Source: Tubiluchus corallicola (taxonomy: Eukaryota; Animalia; Priapulida). Taken from it: a stretch of DNA of 23,725 nucleotides. The notes beneath the pieces were generated by a model. It had not been told where the DNA came from, ran no database searches, and saw only the letters and a list, made by a program, of their open reading frames with translations. Positions 22,539 through 23,725 of the stretch are shown here, piece by piece. Location of the stretch: NCBI GenBank assembly GCA_030141605.1, contig JAQGDQ010000585.1, forward strand, positions 1 to 23,725. Reading direction: 5' to 3'. The first letter of the stretch is position 1; every line of letters begins with the position of its first letter. A program made the translations under genes and the position numbers.

Positions 22539-23098
22539 TAAGTCTATTACCAATTTTTAGAGATCAAATCACGAAAACTTCCGAACCAGGTTTTGTTGAC
22601 ATGCATGTCTGTCATGGCTTTTACATGACAACTGGGCAGGTTGAAATTGGCCACTAAACGATAACAAAGGCAGAACGGTCTACCGCTAGGTAGCTCTTGC
22701 ACCGGCTGAGAACAGTCCTGAGGTGTTGCATTACGTACCAAGGATGACGATCAAGCACACAATAGGCAGTGATGCGGAAATTAAGTTTAAATTATTTTAA
22801 ATAAAATTAACCACGATTTCCACGTCACATCAGAAATATTCATCATCATCGCACGAGTATCAAGATTTGGAACAATATGGATATGTGGATTTGCCAAAAC
22901 ATTGTACCACCATTTTTAACAATCTGTGCCAACCATGTGTTTCCAGTAGTTGACGATAATGTAGCAACATTCGACAAAAATATCCACATTGTACCAACAT
23001 GATGACAACATTTTGTGAACATATTTTTGACAAGATCCTGACAAGATAGTAACCATAAAATAATGGTGACAATATTGTGTGCTGCCTGCGTAATTATA

Positions 23099-23159
<61 letters not shown>

Positions 23160-23208
23160 TTAATATTATTATTAATATTAATATTAATAATAATAATAAT
23201 AATAATAA
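23099..23208. repeat. (AAT)n microsatellite, ~110 bp, interrupted
   Basis: Long taataa run with a TATTAA-interrupted middle; the paralogous site (13882-13898) is only ~17 bp. Confidence 0.95.
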
Positions 23209-23725
23209 CTTCGCAATAACAACCACAAATTAGTGTATAACAATGAGTTACAAAGTCTATAGAAGGACGGGATGGTGAAAGACCAAAAGTTCATCTAATC
23301 TGCCATCCCTAAATAGAGAGTCTACTAATTTCAGCATGGCGAGCAAATATTATTAGAACAAAATAAAAGAATAAAATAAGAAAACAGATCAAAATCAAAT
23401 TAATAGCATAAAATTATGGTAAATAAAATTATGCAAATTTACGCAAAACAACGTGAAAACAAAATTTGTAAAGCAGAATTCTATAGGCTTGAAAACAAAA
23501 CTGATTAAAAGCAAAATAGCTAACAAATTAATTTGGCTATGCAATAATGACACTAAAAGAAGCAAAGTTACATGTACCTGTACAGCGTGTGCTTCCAAAT
23601 CATCTGACTCAGGCTTTTGTATCACAGTTTATTTTCTCTGCAGACCAAGACCTGCTCCAGTTGTTGCAGAAATGATGGTGAATACTACAACGGACATTGC
23701 TACTTGTAGCAAGTTATGATTTTTA

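Larger units (their letters stand above)
21856..23709 (+). pseudogene. Truncated C-type lectin paralog (exons 21856-21963 + 23644-23709; 57-aa ORF)
   Basis: MYVASIATVSLVLLITLPCSSANHESRSNNSTMTNT + TKTCSSCCRNDGEYYNGHCYL*. Splice sites are intact, and the stop TAG is created at the deletion junction. Confidence 0.8.
21353..23725 (+). repeat. Segmental duplicate of 12039-14505 fused to 17541-17558
   Basis: High identity begins at atttggaacgctggcca in both copies and continues through exons, introns and MITE. The last 18 nt (agcaagttatgattttta) match 17541-17558. Confidence 0.95.

Noticed and set aside
22846-23226. 126-aa Leu/Ile-rich ORF and paralogous ORFs at 13623-13995
   Set aside because: Antisense reading of (AAT)n and intronic repeat sequence; conservation only reflects the recent duplication.
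23453-23719. 88-aa ORF at the window end
   Set aside because: Spans intron and reads the lectin exon out of frame.

Overview
AT-rich animal genomic DNA with spliceosomal GT-AG introns. It is probably an invertebrate, and the 5S-derived sequence looks lophotrochozoan-like (from memory, not searched). Main content: (1) an intronless chymotrypsin-family (S1) serine protease pseudogene (2112-3012, +) with a stop at codon 2, two frameshifts and no catalytic His; (2) a transposon-dense stretch (3.5-11 kb) with hAT-type MITEs, the 3' LTR and polypurine tract of an LTR retrotransposon abutting a (TTA)n tract, and a ~314-bp 5S-rRNA-headed SINE with (CAA)n tail and target-site duplication; (3) an intact secreted C-type lectin gene (CDS 12554-12661, 14442-14631, 17090-17310; 172 aa) with a PIF/Harbinger MITE in an intron; (4) a convergent TTLL4-like tubulin glutamylase exon (19802-20012, -) whose upstream exons are not visible; (5) a recent duplicate of the lectin locus from 21353 to the window end, where a ~3.0-kb deletion removes most of the lectin domain and leaves a clean 57-aa signal-peptide + 4-Cys ORF. 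The most notable items are the 5S-derived SINE and the duplication/deletion. All calls were made by eye with no database searches.
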